NCBI GenBank assembly: GCA_030141605.1
Contig: JAQGDQ010000046.1
Span: 310,001 to 374,000 of the forward strand
Length of the DNA stretch: 64,000 bases
DNA from: Tubiluchus corallicola
Taxonomy: Eukaryota > Animalia > Priapulida
Reading direction: 5' to 3'
Position numbers and translations under genes: made by a program. The notes under the pieces were generated by a model that saw only the letters and a program-made list of their open reading frames with translations, did not search any database and had not been told where the DNA came from. Positions 1 through 11,699 of this stretch are shown here, piece by piece. How positions within the stretch are numbered: position 1 is the first letter of the stretch; every line of letters begins with the position of its first letter.

Positions 1-1154
1 ATTACATTACTACAGGGTAGACTTACATTTAAAAAAATTAAATGGGCAGCAAATCCAAGCCTAAAATTAAATGACACACTATAGAGACCAGGAAACTGAC
101 TGTCACTTGAAATTAAGATTAAAGTGTCTTATTACACATGGGATAAAAGGACTCACAAAATCTATTAGTTTTACAAATAAGACTTTACACCTACCAGATT
201 TCAGTTTCTCAAAGTTTGATGCAACAGAGTTGGAGAGGTCACTTATTTTCCAGTTTAAATACCTGAGTGCCACAGACCTTATAGGCAATACTAGTAATTA
301 TTTTATTTAAAAGATACATGACAGGACAATTTGTACTCTAATGGACAGTTCACAATTTTTTTCTGCTGCTGTCCAGATGAATGCAATGATATAATGCTAA
401 CAAAGTCAACTCTCAAATATTGCTACAGTATTGTATAGCCTCATCCTTGCCATGCATTTTCAAGTATTCATCTGGGGACAATTCATATAGGGACCATTAC
501 TGGGATACTACATAACATGATGATTGAGAAAAAACAAAAAGTATTTGTCTTGCAATTTAATTCCCATAAATTGTTATTTTACCAGTATTCCTACTAGCCT
601 ATTGTGCAAATTTAAGAATCAATCATGGTTTAATGAATGCATGCACAAAAACGATGCAATGCACCTGCCAAGTACTTAAGGTTTCACAAAGTTAGTTAGA
701 CAATACCTTAGTCACAGAAAAGGGAAAGCCTTTATATAATAAATGAAACTTTAAACAAGTGCAAAAACTCCATTGACATTTTGCAACATGTCTAATTAAT
801 TAATAATTATGATGATGTTGATATAAGTATATAATACATGTAAAACTCACTAATAAATAATTTGTTTCTTTTCACAAACCAAGCCATTAGCTATGTAGGT
901 ACAAGCTTTTTAGTGCAAGGGAAAATAAAGTATTTCATAAATTCAAGTAAACTTATATTTTATACCTATTACCTAAGCTATAACCATCTGTACTTGCTAT
1001 CATTTGATTTTGCTGATACTGATTTATTGAAATGACGTGTTCGCTTTCACCAAACACGTATATTATAGAACAATTAAGCACTTTGAACAAGTATAAATAT
1101 TAATGAAAATTATAATCATTAACTAGATGATAGTAGTAGTAGTAGTAATAGCAT

Positions 1155-1720
1155 ATAGCCTCATGTTAGTTCTAGTTGGAGTCATGTTACAAATGGAGTC
1201 CACAAGGATCTATATTAAGACCTATTTTGTTTTTGCTATTCGTAAACGATCTACCAGATTCAATCACTTCAGATGTTAATTTCTTTGCTGATGATACTAA
1301 AGTGTACCGTAAAGTGCTTTCTAAAGTTGATTCACTCTGCCTTCAGTAAGATTTATTCCAGTTAGGGACTTGGTCTGATAAATAGCTGTTGCAGTTTAAT
1401 GCTGACAAATGTGTAGTGCCACATCTCAAAGCACATATTCCAACACAGTATCAACTGAATGATAAAAAGTTAATATATGTCTCAAAACATAATGGACTTG
1501 GTGTGATCATTCTGATGACCTTAAACCTTCTGCCCATATAACTATAAATATTGAGAAGGCAAACAGAATGATTGGTTTGATTAAACCCTATTTTGTTAAT
1601 TATGAGCCGAAACAAGTATTAACTCTATATAAGGTATATGTACCACCCTCAAGTATTCAAATGTAGTTTGGTCTCCCTCATTACAATCTGACATCAAGAG
1701 ACTGCAGAAAGTCCAAATCC
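1155..1720 (+). mobile_element. Decayed non-LTR (CR1-like) reverse transcriptase C-terminal fragment
   Basis: Hand translation with frameshifts and stops gives GV(P)QGSILRPILFLLFVNDLP, FFADDTKVY, WSDKxLLQFNADKC, DLGVII and KANRMIGLIK, which are LINE RT core and downstream motifs. Confidence 0.85.
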
Positions 1721-2960
1721 AAGACAGAGTGTAATAATGTCAGAATTGTGAAACTGAACTTTCCAGTCAATGTTTTCAAAAAAATTTAGTAACAAAGTTA
1801 ATTTAGAACGATTAAAGTCATGCCAGGGTCTAGTTACAAGTTGTTGGTAATTGTACTCAACATCAAAACAAATGCTAGTGTCATGATCACTGGCTGAAAT
1901 CCATGCCAAGGAAAGCAATTTGTAATGTGTTCAGGACAATTAGTTAAGACTAATTCTAGGCAACTGTTTCTGCGAGTAGGAAAATGAACTAACTGAGAAA
2001 GCAGGTCATCGTGTAAAGAATTAATAAATATACACTCAAGATCTCATTGAGGAACACGGTCAGGCCATACTAATTTTGGAAAGTTAAAATCACCGCAAAC
2101 GATAACATCACTTTGAGAGTAAATAGAAATAGCATATTTAATTTCTTCAAGTATATTGATTTCAGAATAACCAATTGTATGAGTGTAGTTATTATTGCAA
2201 GATCTATATACGCAAGCAACACTAAGACTATCTCGTGAAGAAATTTTGAGTTCAACAGCAACAGTTTCAGCTGCGACTGACACAGGATTTAGCACAGGAG
2301 ATAAACATGATTTGATAATAATAGCCACACCACCACAGTTGACATCAGGAAAAACAGAGTGTCTATCACATCTAAAAATTGAGTAATGGTGAGGACAAAT
2401 TACACTATCTCTATATCTTCAGAAAACCAGGTTTCACATAAGCACAAAAAAATCCGGTTTATAATTAAATGAAACTGAACAAATCACTAAGTTTATTAAC
2501 GCAGCTATTGCAGTTGAGCACAAAACCTCTGAGAGATGAACAGAAGTATTGGTTAAGTCATACATTATCAGAGATAGTAGTGTTAGCTTGACTTATGTTG
2601 TTTTCAGAAGTGCTGCCAATTACGGGAAAGGTTTGATCGTGACTGTTCATTGCAGTAGTTTGGCAGTTCATAAGAGACATTGAAGGATGAACGAGTATAA
2701 TGAATAGGGGTACATGGTGGACAAATAAGTTTAGGGGCGAGTCCAGGAATAAGATTTTCACTAGAACGGGCTGAGTGACTATTGACCAAGGTCGTTAGAT
2801 GACTATCAGTCAGAGGATGGCTACAATCAGGAGAGAAGCCAATTTGGCAGTTTATAGAAGTTGAAGGATAATTGATAGAGGGATGTATGCAAGTAACTGG
2901 AGTGCTAGGAGGACAAAGAGTAGCAGAAGTGAGACCAGGTGTGATGGTCCAGTATGTTAA

Positions 2961-4036
2961 TGTAGGGAATCACTAGCCTAACAGCCGTGCACATTGTTTG
3001 TTTGCATTCATAAGCTAGGCTGATGAAGAGTTAAAATTCACTTTTCTTTTGCATTTTTAATTTGATGTTCTACAAAATCGCATTTTGATCTCATAAATTA
3101 CTACCCCTGGTAGCTAGGTCACTTGGGTGGGTACACGAGTATTCCGTCGTAGAGGAAGATCTTTACCTTAATGTTAAAGCACTGAAGCCAGACGTTCATA
3201 TAAGCAGTGTGACCTGGATTTTTTGACCTGCTGATTCGATGCCACGTAGTTGTAGAGAGTGGTTTTCCTGTGTTAAATGGAGGTACGTCTACACGTTAAG
3301 TACTCTCTGTCTTGTATCCTGTCTTAGTTTGATGTCAAGATACGTGGTGTGGTCCCCGAGGAGACGTTAGCAGATCACAGAAAGACGTAACGGTATACTT
3401 CTACTTATTTTATTACTTTCGTAAATCACCAACTGCTAATTGTCATTTGTTGGGTTAACACCACAGGGATGGTAGACTGTAAAGTGGTCAGTTTCACTTG
3501 AGGAGTGTGATAGCTGTTTCCATCGCCGTATGGGGATCCTATTATCTTCACGTAGACGTTAAATTGTATACCATGTTGGGAACGTTGTCTGTGCGACACT
3601 GTCATGCAAGAAATCTGTAAGCTGTGACTGTCAGTGTGGTCTGTTGTACTGCCAGTGAACACTCAGCAAAACCCGGGTAGATCGCCAGTATTCTGGGGAA
3701 AGGGTTTTCCTTTTTTTGTACATTGATGCTCATTGTCATTTTCTTTGAATATTTGGAATCTTATTAAATTTGTTGTTAAATGTCATTACTTGTTTATTGA
3801 GAGTCGGATAAAATGTCCTTAACCAATGAAAAGAAAACAACCCACGTATTATTTAGGAAAACTACGAATAAAGTATTTGTTCCCATCAACATTCTATAAA
3901 CATATCTTAAAATTAGCATAAATAATTTACATACACCTTTCGGCACACGCTACGTCAAAAGGTGGTTTTCGGGTACCTGTGGCCCTTCTAACCCGAATCA
4001 TCACACCAGGAAAGAGGAAGGAGGAAGGAGGGAACA
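2961..4036 (+). mobile_element. Probable solo LTR nested in the LINE
   Basis: 1076-bp block with no recognisable protein motifs, with TGT...ACA ends, flanked by TTAA / TCAA (4-bp TSD, 1 mismatch) and containing AATAAA near 3868. Related LINE linker peptide lies on both sides. Confidence 0.55.
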
Positions 4037-4420
4037 TCAACCAAACAGACCACACTGACAATCAACCAACCAATCAACCAGAGGACGGCTGCAATCAGAT
4101 GTGAAGCCAATGTTACTATTAGGAAGAAATGGACTATTAGTGACTTGTTTAACTACTTGGGTCATGGGTAGAATAGCTTGACTTCTATCAGAAGGCAGGC
4201 GATAAGGAAAAGAATTTGTCTGAAAACTAGTATCAACAGATGGATTAGGTACTACATCCTGAGTTTGATCCAGATTAGTGGCAGTACTAGGTGAAGCAGT
4301 AGGGCAACACTGTTGAGATGGTATAATAGTAAGAACAGGATTCAGGAGGGATTTGTTGCCATTCACATGATGGAGAGATGAAGTGCTTTCAGAACGTTGA
4401 GCTATTTCATGGCATTTAGT

Positions 4421-4624
4421 CAGATGATTACAAATATCACATTCACAAGCGTCACATGATTCAGGAGTACCTTTTATTGTGATTTCAATCAGGCCAAATC
4501 TAATGGGTATTTTCTTAATGATAATCTCACAAGCATATTTGGTGCGTAACATAATGATGGTTTTACCTTGTTTACCAATAACTCTGCCAACGTCATGAGC
4601 ATCAATTGTTACAACCTTTGATAT
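4421..4624 (-). other. Type I KH RNA-binding domain coding segment inside the LINE
   Basis: Extending ORF 4037..4552 upstream in frame gives ISKVVTIDAHDVGRVIGKQGKTIIMLRTKYACEIIIKKIPIRFGLIEITIKGTPESCDACECDICNHL, with the GxxG loop (GKQG) at 4576-4565. Confidence 0.85.
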
Positions 4625-4662
4625 TGAAGTAGAAGACTCACTATACTTGATAGGTAATGACT

Positions 4663-5337
4663 CTAGAAATTGTCTGCGACTATGTGTGGCAGACTTCGTA
4701 ATTGCTCAAGGATAGTTTCATAAGGAGTTACAAGGATGTTTTTACGCCAATCATCAAGGGACATCAGCAAATGTTTATTTTGTAAAATGAAGTCAACTTT
4801 GGCTTTATCATCAAAATGAAGTAGGATAGGGTGAATAACATTGTGCTTGCATTGGCCTAATCGTCTCACAAGAACTGGTTCAGTGTCATCGTATCCAATG
4901 GCAGAAAGAATCAGTTGACATTTATAGTTATCATCTTTTATTATTTCCAATGGAACAGTTTCAGTTGACTCACTGATACGCTTGATGATAACGTTTTTGG
5001 ATCTACTTTTCTGTTCAATAGGCTCATTAACAAAAAGTTCAAGTTTGTCTGACAAATTTACAATGTCTTGTTGTAAAGCCGAAACACGACTATTGACAAT
5101 TAGAGTTTTGTCAACTTTAGTAGACAATGCAGCAAGCCCAGCGGATGAAGCTTTTGCAGAAATTTCAGTCTCAAGGGATAAGAACTTGACTTCAAAATGA
5201 TTGGAAATTTCTTCAAGTTCGTCATCTAAGGACTTCTCTGCTACAACAGCATTAATAGCTTTGGGGAAACAGTCATGACAAAACCATGGGTATGAAGGAC
5301 CTAGTGTTTGATGAGCAGCATAAACTTCATCAGACAT
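4663..5337 (-). pseudogene. LINE ORF1 remnant (end of PHD finger, coiled coil, RRM-like region)
   Basis: 224-aa ORF containing WFCHDC, a heptad-rich segment and the RSKNVII / RRLG / PILLHF motifs typical of CR1/L2-group ORF1p. Confidence 0.8.
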
Positions 5338-5842
5338 TTCAAGACATGGTTGACAGAACTATAATTCAAAACGATCAAGGTCATACAGTGAGTGTTTTGA
5401 GTTACAGATGTACCACAGAGCTAACAATAGGACAGTTCATCATCTGGATTATTTTCCAACGAAACAAGTTCTGGTTCATCACTGTCAGCAGTTTGAGATG
5501 CATCATTAGACAGAAATTTAACTTATTGACTCAGCAGACGAGGTATGGGCGAGTGTAGTTTTGCTGACTTACTATTCTAATCAATTTAGCAGATGAGCAA
5601 AGATTATTCCTAGAGTTCACTTGTTTAATGAAATAAAAATGATCAACTAACCGTCGTTTCAACTTTACTTGACGTGATGTACGGGCATAATACAATTTCG
5701 TTGTACCGTATGCCATCGATGCTTTGAGTAATTAACAAAAATAGAAAATTGACAGTCAAAACAGTGAATCACCATGTTGGTTTCGTATTCTGCAGTCTGT
5801 TGTACAGTAACCGTCAGTGGGCGCTGTAGAACTGTCATTCTT

Positions 5843-6778
5843 GGGCGCCAAGTAATCCACTAGCCAAAGTAGGACAATTGGCCTACATGGGCTACGCAAG
5901 AAGAACGCGTCGTACATGGGCTAGCCCAAGTGGGAAACTAGAGACAGGTCGCGAATTGAGTTGTTAAGCGTACTGGCACTGTCCGTTGTCTTTTTATGTA
6001 ATAATAATAACAATTAAAAACGTCAAATTCATAGTCAACACACGTCGAATAATTTATTATACATCTGATGAAATAAAAGAATTTTATTCTGAGCTGGTTG
6101 AACAGATAATATTAAATTCGGCTTCGATATTAATATTGTTGAAGTGAAATATACCTACTTTTAGGCGATTTCAGCATTTGTTTAAGGTATATCATTTTTT
6201 ATTTTGTCTCGCTTCACGCGATCCGTTTCATTACTTGTTGGACAAATAAGTGTTTTATAATAAGTAAACGTTCTAGCGACCTATGTGCCTTACATGGGCT
6301 AGCGAGCCATGTACGACAGTTCCCTACATGTTACAGTATTATTCATATTATTAAAACTAATTGCCTTTGCTTTTTCTAAAAAGTTAAAAATTACTTTTTC
6401 GTGTTGTGAAGACTTAGCAGCATCTGTCTCATTTTTAAATTTGCAATTATTTCTGTAATAACTGTGTGTGCATAGTACTGTTTCTCTCTTTAAAATATTA
6501 GATACTTTAGTTTAATATGATGATTTAATGGAGCTAATAATACTGATGATACTATCGTAAAAACACATTAATTTTGTAAATAACCATCCATCATTATTAT
6601 AAAGTTAATTTTTCTGTAAAACAAATTCAGTTTTATGCTTTATTATGTCATCATAATTCTCGACAAAAATCGCCAGTGCCCTACTTGGGCTGCCATGTAC
6701 GACACAACTTTTCCGCAAATTTAGCACATGCGCTTTACCGAAAGTATCCTATTTCGGCTAGTGGATTACTCGGTGCCC
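5843..6778. mobile_element. Inverted-repeat (MITE-like) element immediately upstream of NUDT6
   Basis: Left end GGGCGCCAAGTAATCCACTAGCCAAAGTAGGA matches the reverse complement of the right end, GGGCACCGAGTAATCCACTAGCCGAAATAGGA. A second subterminal IR pair lies near 5908-5940 and 6672-6704. No clear TSD. Confidence 0.65.
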
Positions 6779-6785
6779 TACAGTC

Positions 6786-6889
6786 ATGTCAGCTGCCACT
6801 TGTTGTCGAAAAGTAGTTAAAATTCGGATTAAACTTCGTTTGAAACAGGTCCTCGGTGTTAACACAAGCGTCGGACCTTCTTTCTATGT
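6786..6889 (+). CDS. NUDT6: NUDT6 putative first exon (basic, transit-peptide-like N-terminus)
   Basis: [34 protein letters not shown]; the phase-2 donor GTGAAT fits the next exon but is weak. Confidence 0.55.
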
Positions 6890-9800
6890 GTGAATATCAG
6901 TTGTTATTATGTTTTATAATCTTGCTTCAGAAAAGATCTCTAACACAACCCTCCACCGTAATAAATCTTCTTAAATGACTGGTCCCAATTCTTTGACGAC
7001 CCTTCTCTCCCATCATTTGATATTCTATAATTAAATTGTTTATCATTAAAATATTTTAAATAGCATGCATTCAGCATAAATTAGCTGCAGTTTCTGTGCC
7101 CTAATGCAAGCCACAATTTATGTTAATGGAAAATATTGAGTGAATTAGATGATATCACTTTGTACGCCCAAACTCTTGAGCTTTTTAATGTACGTTCAGA
7201 CAATAAATTTGAATTATTTTTAACATATATTATTAACATGTTATAGTAACTAAGATTTTGTTTCAGGTTTAGACGATTATGTTGTCATACAACTTCATCA
7301 ACAAAAGTAATCAGTGATGTCACAATCGATCGATTTGGTAGCATTAATTTTAATACAGAAAGTGTCGGCCATGTTTCTGTAAGCGATTTCTCTTTGATGT
7401 TAAAAGGTATTTTTGTTGTGTCAATAGTGTTCAGATAGTTGTTATGAATTAATAACATTTATGTACACTATAACCAGTTTAGTGGTGCTTTAATCTATAC
7501 TTAAAATGTCTCATTAGTATAATTGGAATAACTGCATGAATTATGTATAACTCATTGTAGTTTTTGTTTTTCTGTAGCAGAAGTGCTATTTGAATTTTTA
7601 CAGAATTTCTTTTATAAATTTTGTATACAGTAACAATTTTCACATTTGGTTTATTGTATTTAAAAAGCAATTCATTGTAAATTCTTTTGAGTTTTAAAGG
7701 AAGAACCAGCCCTCGAACAACATTTATTGCGTTTTAATGTACAATTAAAAATATTGAATTCACAATACAAAATATGCGCATCGAATGCTTTCCTTAAAAA
7801 TGTAAAACAAATTTAAATATTTCTTCTCTCCCACCAAGCGAACGTTGGTGCCGGCATATTTAAAAAAAATGACATAAGCTGGTGTATGCTGGGCAGCTTG
7901 AATGCCATGAAGGCAGGCTGTGTGAAAGTACACATTGCAAAATTTCTACAGTTTGCTTAGATGTTTTGTTATCCTAATGTTGTGTTTGTCTAGAAATTAG
8001 TCATTCGACCACTTATGATCACATTTAAAGTGGTTACATTGCTTTAATCTACAGGATTACACGTTAAAATGCATAAGTAATTAACATTAATTTTGCAAAT
8101 AATTAATTTACAGATTTTTGTTGACTTTTAGATCCGCATGTAAGCTTGCCAGCAGGTAGTAGGTGCCTGGCTGGTTACTTAGTTTATAGAGTTAGCTTTA
8201 TAAGTTAAAAAGAAATTCTCAAGCACCTGGTGGGATAAGTGTTTATATTGTATGGAAATCGGATGACGCCATCTTTTTGTCTAAAATGAGTGCGCCCAAG
8301 TGTCAAATCTTCACGACTTTAGATTGATTTTACTAATTACACGAGATGCTTTTCACAATTTTATTGCTGAAACTTTCTAACATTTTTCCCAAATTAAAAT
8401 AAGCAGCGTGTCCCGAAAGACTTGGCTTTTGCTTTAAGCATATGTATGGCATATTGCTTATGTGTCACTTTTATTTTTAGACAAATATTTGTGACAATAA
8501 GTTTTTGTCTTATTTTGTATCCCCATGACATAGATTCATTGGCAAAATGGAAATCAGATGGCAGAAGGGGTGTGTGGATGAAGATTCCAATTGAGCAGAG
8601 TCAGTACATTCCTGCTGCAGCAAATGGAGGATTCAAATTTCATCATGCAGGTGACGTAACTTCTACTGAATCATCAAAGCAAACTAACTTGGCACTATGA
8701 GCTTCCTAGATACACTGGCTCATTGATTCTGTGCATCATTGGTCATAAAACCAATGGATCAAGAGATTAAGGTACCGACTTTGAGGTCATTTTCTCCTGA
8801 CCCAGTGGTCTATTAACCTAATGCATTGAAGCTGAGAGAGGCTGACCCATATAACTCTCTGCCCAGCGATCTCTCTAATGCTATTGTTACTATACGCTGC
8901 TTTTGTGTTTTTGGCTAGTGTTAGGTCGAAGTAACACTTAAGCTATTCGTTTTTAGTTTTGTTAAAAATTGTTCATACTTATCTAGCAATCTGGCTTTAA
9001 AGGCTTGACAAAGAGCCAAGTGAGTTGAAGGAGCAGTATGTTAAGGGTCTGACAGCCTAAGAAATAATTGGGCGTAAAACAAATATAATATTTTGTGACA
9101 TAATTAGTTTATTTTGTTGATGTCTGTTTGTTTCAAGACAAAGATATAGAGAGTTGGAACAAATAGACCAAAGGAATGAAAAGACAAGATATAAACTAGC
9201 TAAGATTATTTGCTAATTATCACTCTAATCTAGCGTCTTTATCATTCTAGACATTAAGAATTGATGTAATTGTCTGTTCACTTTTGCTTATTCAATGTTT
9301 ACTATTATTTGTGCAGACGGAGATTATGCAATGATGTATAAGTGGCTTCCTGACACACCATCAAAACTACCTCATTTTGCAACACACCAAATTGGTGTAG
9401 CAGGTAACTAACTCATTTATCGTATGTCAGAAAAATGTTGTGCCACCTTCATTTTTACACTTTCTTTAATCTTTAAGATTTCAATTGCTTTTGTTGGTTT
9501 CTTTTTACTAGGAATCATTTGTCACTTTGCAACCTAGGATTTAGCATTCAATAGTTGTTGCAGCAAGACCAGAAAATATCTCATTATGAATAATAATCAT
9601 CTTAAAATTGGACACTGGATCGGCACTCCGGCAGAGGTGATAATGGACATGTTATATTTAAAAACTTTAAGGTAAATAGCTAATGGCAATAAGTTTGCAT
9701 TAAACTTTGTAGAAGCAGTTTTCCAAACTATTCACTATCCCATTCACTGACCATACCTAACTTCAGTTACTAAGTGCACAACTAACCACTCACTTATTCC

Positions 9801-11699
9801 TTTCTTGTGCATCTAATACTTAGCCTCAGGTGAAGCACTTGAATTTCTGCAAACTTATTTGGAGATCGTAATTTAAAAGATTGTGTCAAATAATCTTTTT
9901 ACGTAAAAGTTTTTTAATTTGTAGGATGTGTTGTAAATGAAGAAAAAGAAGAAATCTTAGCAATTAGAGATAAGCACAGGGTATGTAGTATAATATGACT
10001 ACTGTCCATAAATCAGCTTTCGTAGTTTTACCACTGGTAAAGAATATGCAACTGAAAGGCAGTTGGCATAAATGTTTTTTAGTGTGTGTACATTGGTGTG
10101 GATACAAAAACATAAATGTGACAGAGGCTCAGAGTATATGCATTATTGTCGCACATCCCGTAATGTAGTAGGGCCTAGACTTACTGTTGCCATCATTTAC
10201 TTTTATCACACCTGCTATAGTCAGTGACACTTTCTGTTATCCACTTAACTTATTCTTATATGACTTTTTCCCATTAAGTGCTGAATTATCTTGTAATAAT
10301 GTGAATTAGTCTAGCAATGCTTTTAGTTTAAATGAGAGTGCATTATCAGGTTTCTAGGGACCTCAGCTATTGCTGGTAATGCGTAATGTGGCTTTTCATT
10401 TAGTAAGTGTTAAGCGAAGTAACTTCAAGTAAATTAGTAACATATGTACATATGGAATATAAATTGTGCCTAATAAGAAAAAGCCAACAAAAGCAGTGAA
10501 ATATTGAAAACTAAAAAAATTGCAAAATTAAGATGATGCAGCATTTTTCTGATATCAAATAAATCAGTTCTTGCTAACAGTTTAACCGTAAGTTAATTTA
10601 CATTTTATTAGCACTAACAACCCATGCCTCATTATAATATCTTTTCATACAGTCTCAAATACAAATTGAGTAAACAGATAATGTTGTTTCTTCAATACTT
10701 TTTCTTAATTGCCTTCCAACTTTTTAAGAATCAAAAAAGCCTTATATTAACATAAGGGTAATACTAAGCTGGTCATAAATAGTGTTCTCTATATGCGTCA
10801 TCATCATGTTGAGGATGGTCATCATGGTCACTATGTCCTTTCATTTATGCAGTTATAATCATCATCACTGTCATCATAGCAATGATTATTATGGATTCAT
10901 AATCATATTCTTTTGTATATTTTTGGTTGAAATTACAATGACTTTAAAGACTGCTTTACTTTTCTTGTTTTAGCCAGACATCCTGAAAGTACCCGGTGGT
11001 CTTTCAGATCTAGGTGAAGATTTTGGAGATACTGCTTGTCGAGAAGTTTATGAGGAAACTGGCATCAAATCAGGTATAAAATTTAATGATCTTGCACAGA
11101 AAGTAAATTACATGAACGTCTTTGTTTGCTGTCATATCAAACATCGGTGTTGTAACTATGAAGGCATAAAGAACTCATGAATGATGTGTTTTGCTCAATT
11201 ACTGTTCTGCATCATAGAGGTTACGCAATACATATTGATGTCTCCACTCTCACAAGCAGTTTCACTTTTTGCATGCATTTCACGAAAGATGTAGTGTTGT
11301 TGTTTGTCAGTTACAAGTTACAGTAAATACCAATCAATTAATGTCACTTATGAAAAATTCTTATATTTTTTAGAATTCAAGTCTATTTTATCAATACGTC
11401 AGCATCACAATCATCCTAATGCATTTGGACGCTCAGATATCTATGCTGTGTGCAGACTTTCACCACTTTCTTACGACATTTCACCCTGTGAAGAAGAAAT
11501 TGTGTTTTGCGAGTGGCTGAAGATAAAGGAATATATAGATCATCCTGAAACGTCGCCTTTTGGCAAACGCATTGGTATGTTAGCTCTGTATGGATTAAGG
11601 AGAGGATTCGACCAAGTGGATCTTTCTATGCACGATATATATTTTCAAAAATTAGATATGAAGTTTAAGGTTTATCACCGGCCACTTGCTGTAAATTGA
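6786..11699 (+). CDS. NUDT6: Nudix hydrolase 6 family protein, 7 exons, about 309 aa
   Basis: Exons 6786-6889, 7267-7406, 8534-8650, 9317-9403, 9925-9980, 10974-11073 and 11374-11699 join in phase through GT-AG introns. NUDT6-type motifs: [37 protein letters not shown], the Nudix box, GRSDIY. Confidence 0.92.
7267..7406 (+). CDS. NUDT6: NUDT6 exon 2
   Basis: tttcag | [46 protein letters not shown] | gtattt. Confidence 0.85.
7698..8433. mobile_element. Possible non-autonomous DNA transposon (Kolobok-like) in NUDT6 intron 2
   Basis: TTAA|AGGAAGAACCAG ... TTGGCTTTTGCT|TTAA: TTAA on both flanks, AG...CT ends, weak TIR similarity. Confidence 0.35.
8534..8650 (+). CDS. NUDT6: NUDT6 exon 3
   Basis: acatag | [39 protein letters not shown] | gtgacg. 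Confidence 0.92.
9317..9403 (+). CDS. NUDT6: NUDT6 exon 4
   Basis: gtgcag | [29 protein letters not shown] | gtaact. Confidence 0.92.
9925..9980 (+). CDS. NUDT6: NUDT6 exon 5
   Basis: ttgtag | [19 protein letters not shown] | gtatgt. Confidence 0.88.
10974..11073 (+). CDS. NUDT6: NUDT6 exon 6 (Nudix box)
   Basis: ttttag | [33 protein letters not shown] | gtataa; matches G-x5-E-x7-REUxEExGU. Confidence 0.95.
11374..11699 (+). CDS. NUDT6: NUDT6 last coding exon
   Basis: ttttag | [29 protein letters not shown]...[13 protein letters not shown]...[11 protein letters not shown]. Confidence 0.95.

Larger units (their letters stand above)
1730..5530 (-). mobile_element. Degenerate CR1-like LINE, 5' half (PHD-type ORF1, KH domain, S/T/P-rich linker, APE endonuclease), interrupted by an insertion at 2961-4036
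   Basis: ORF1 about 5513-4663: C*LC..CMT.DR..FCQPC..WFCHDC (PHD-like), a coiled coil, then RSKNVIIKRISES and VRRLG..PILLHF. Endonuclease about 2530-1850: LNCNS..NK, ETWF, GGVAIIIK, CVYRS, VIVCGDFNFP, HFPTR, SDHD. Multiple stops and frameshifts. Confidence 0.85.

Noticed and set aside
27-600. Possible - strand exons (ORF 103..288 and nearby splice-like sites)
   Set aside because: Several mutually incompatible splice solutions and no recognisable protein motif; cannot be supported without flanking sequence.
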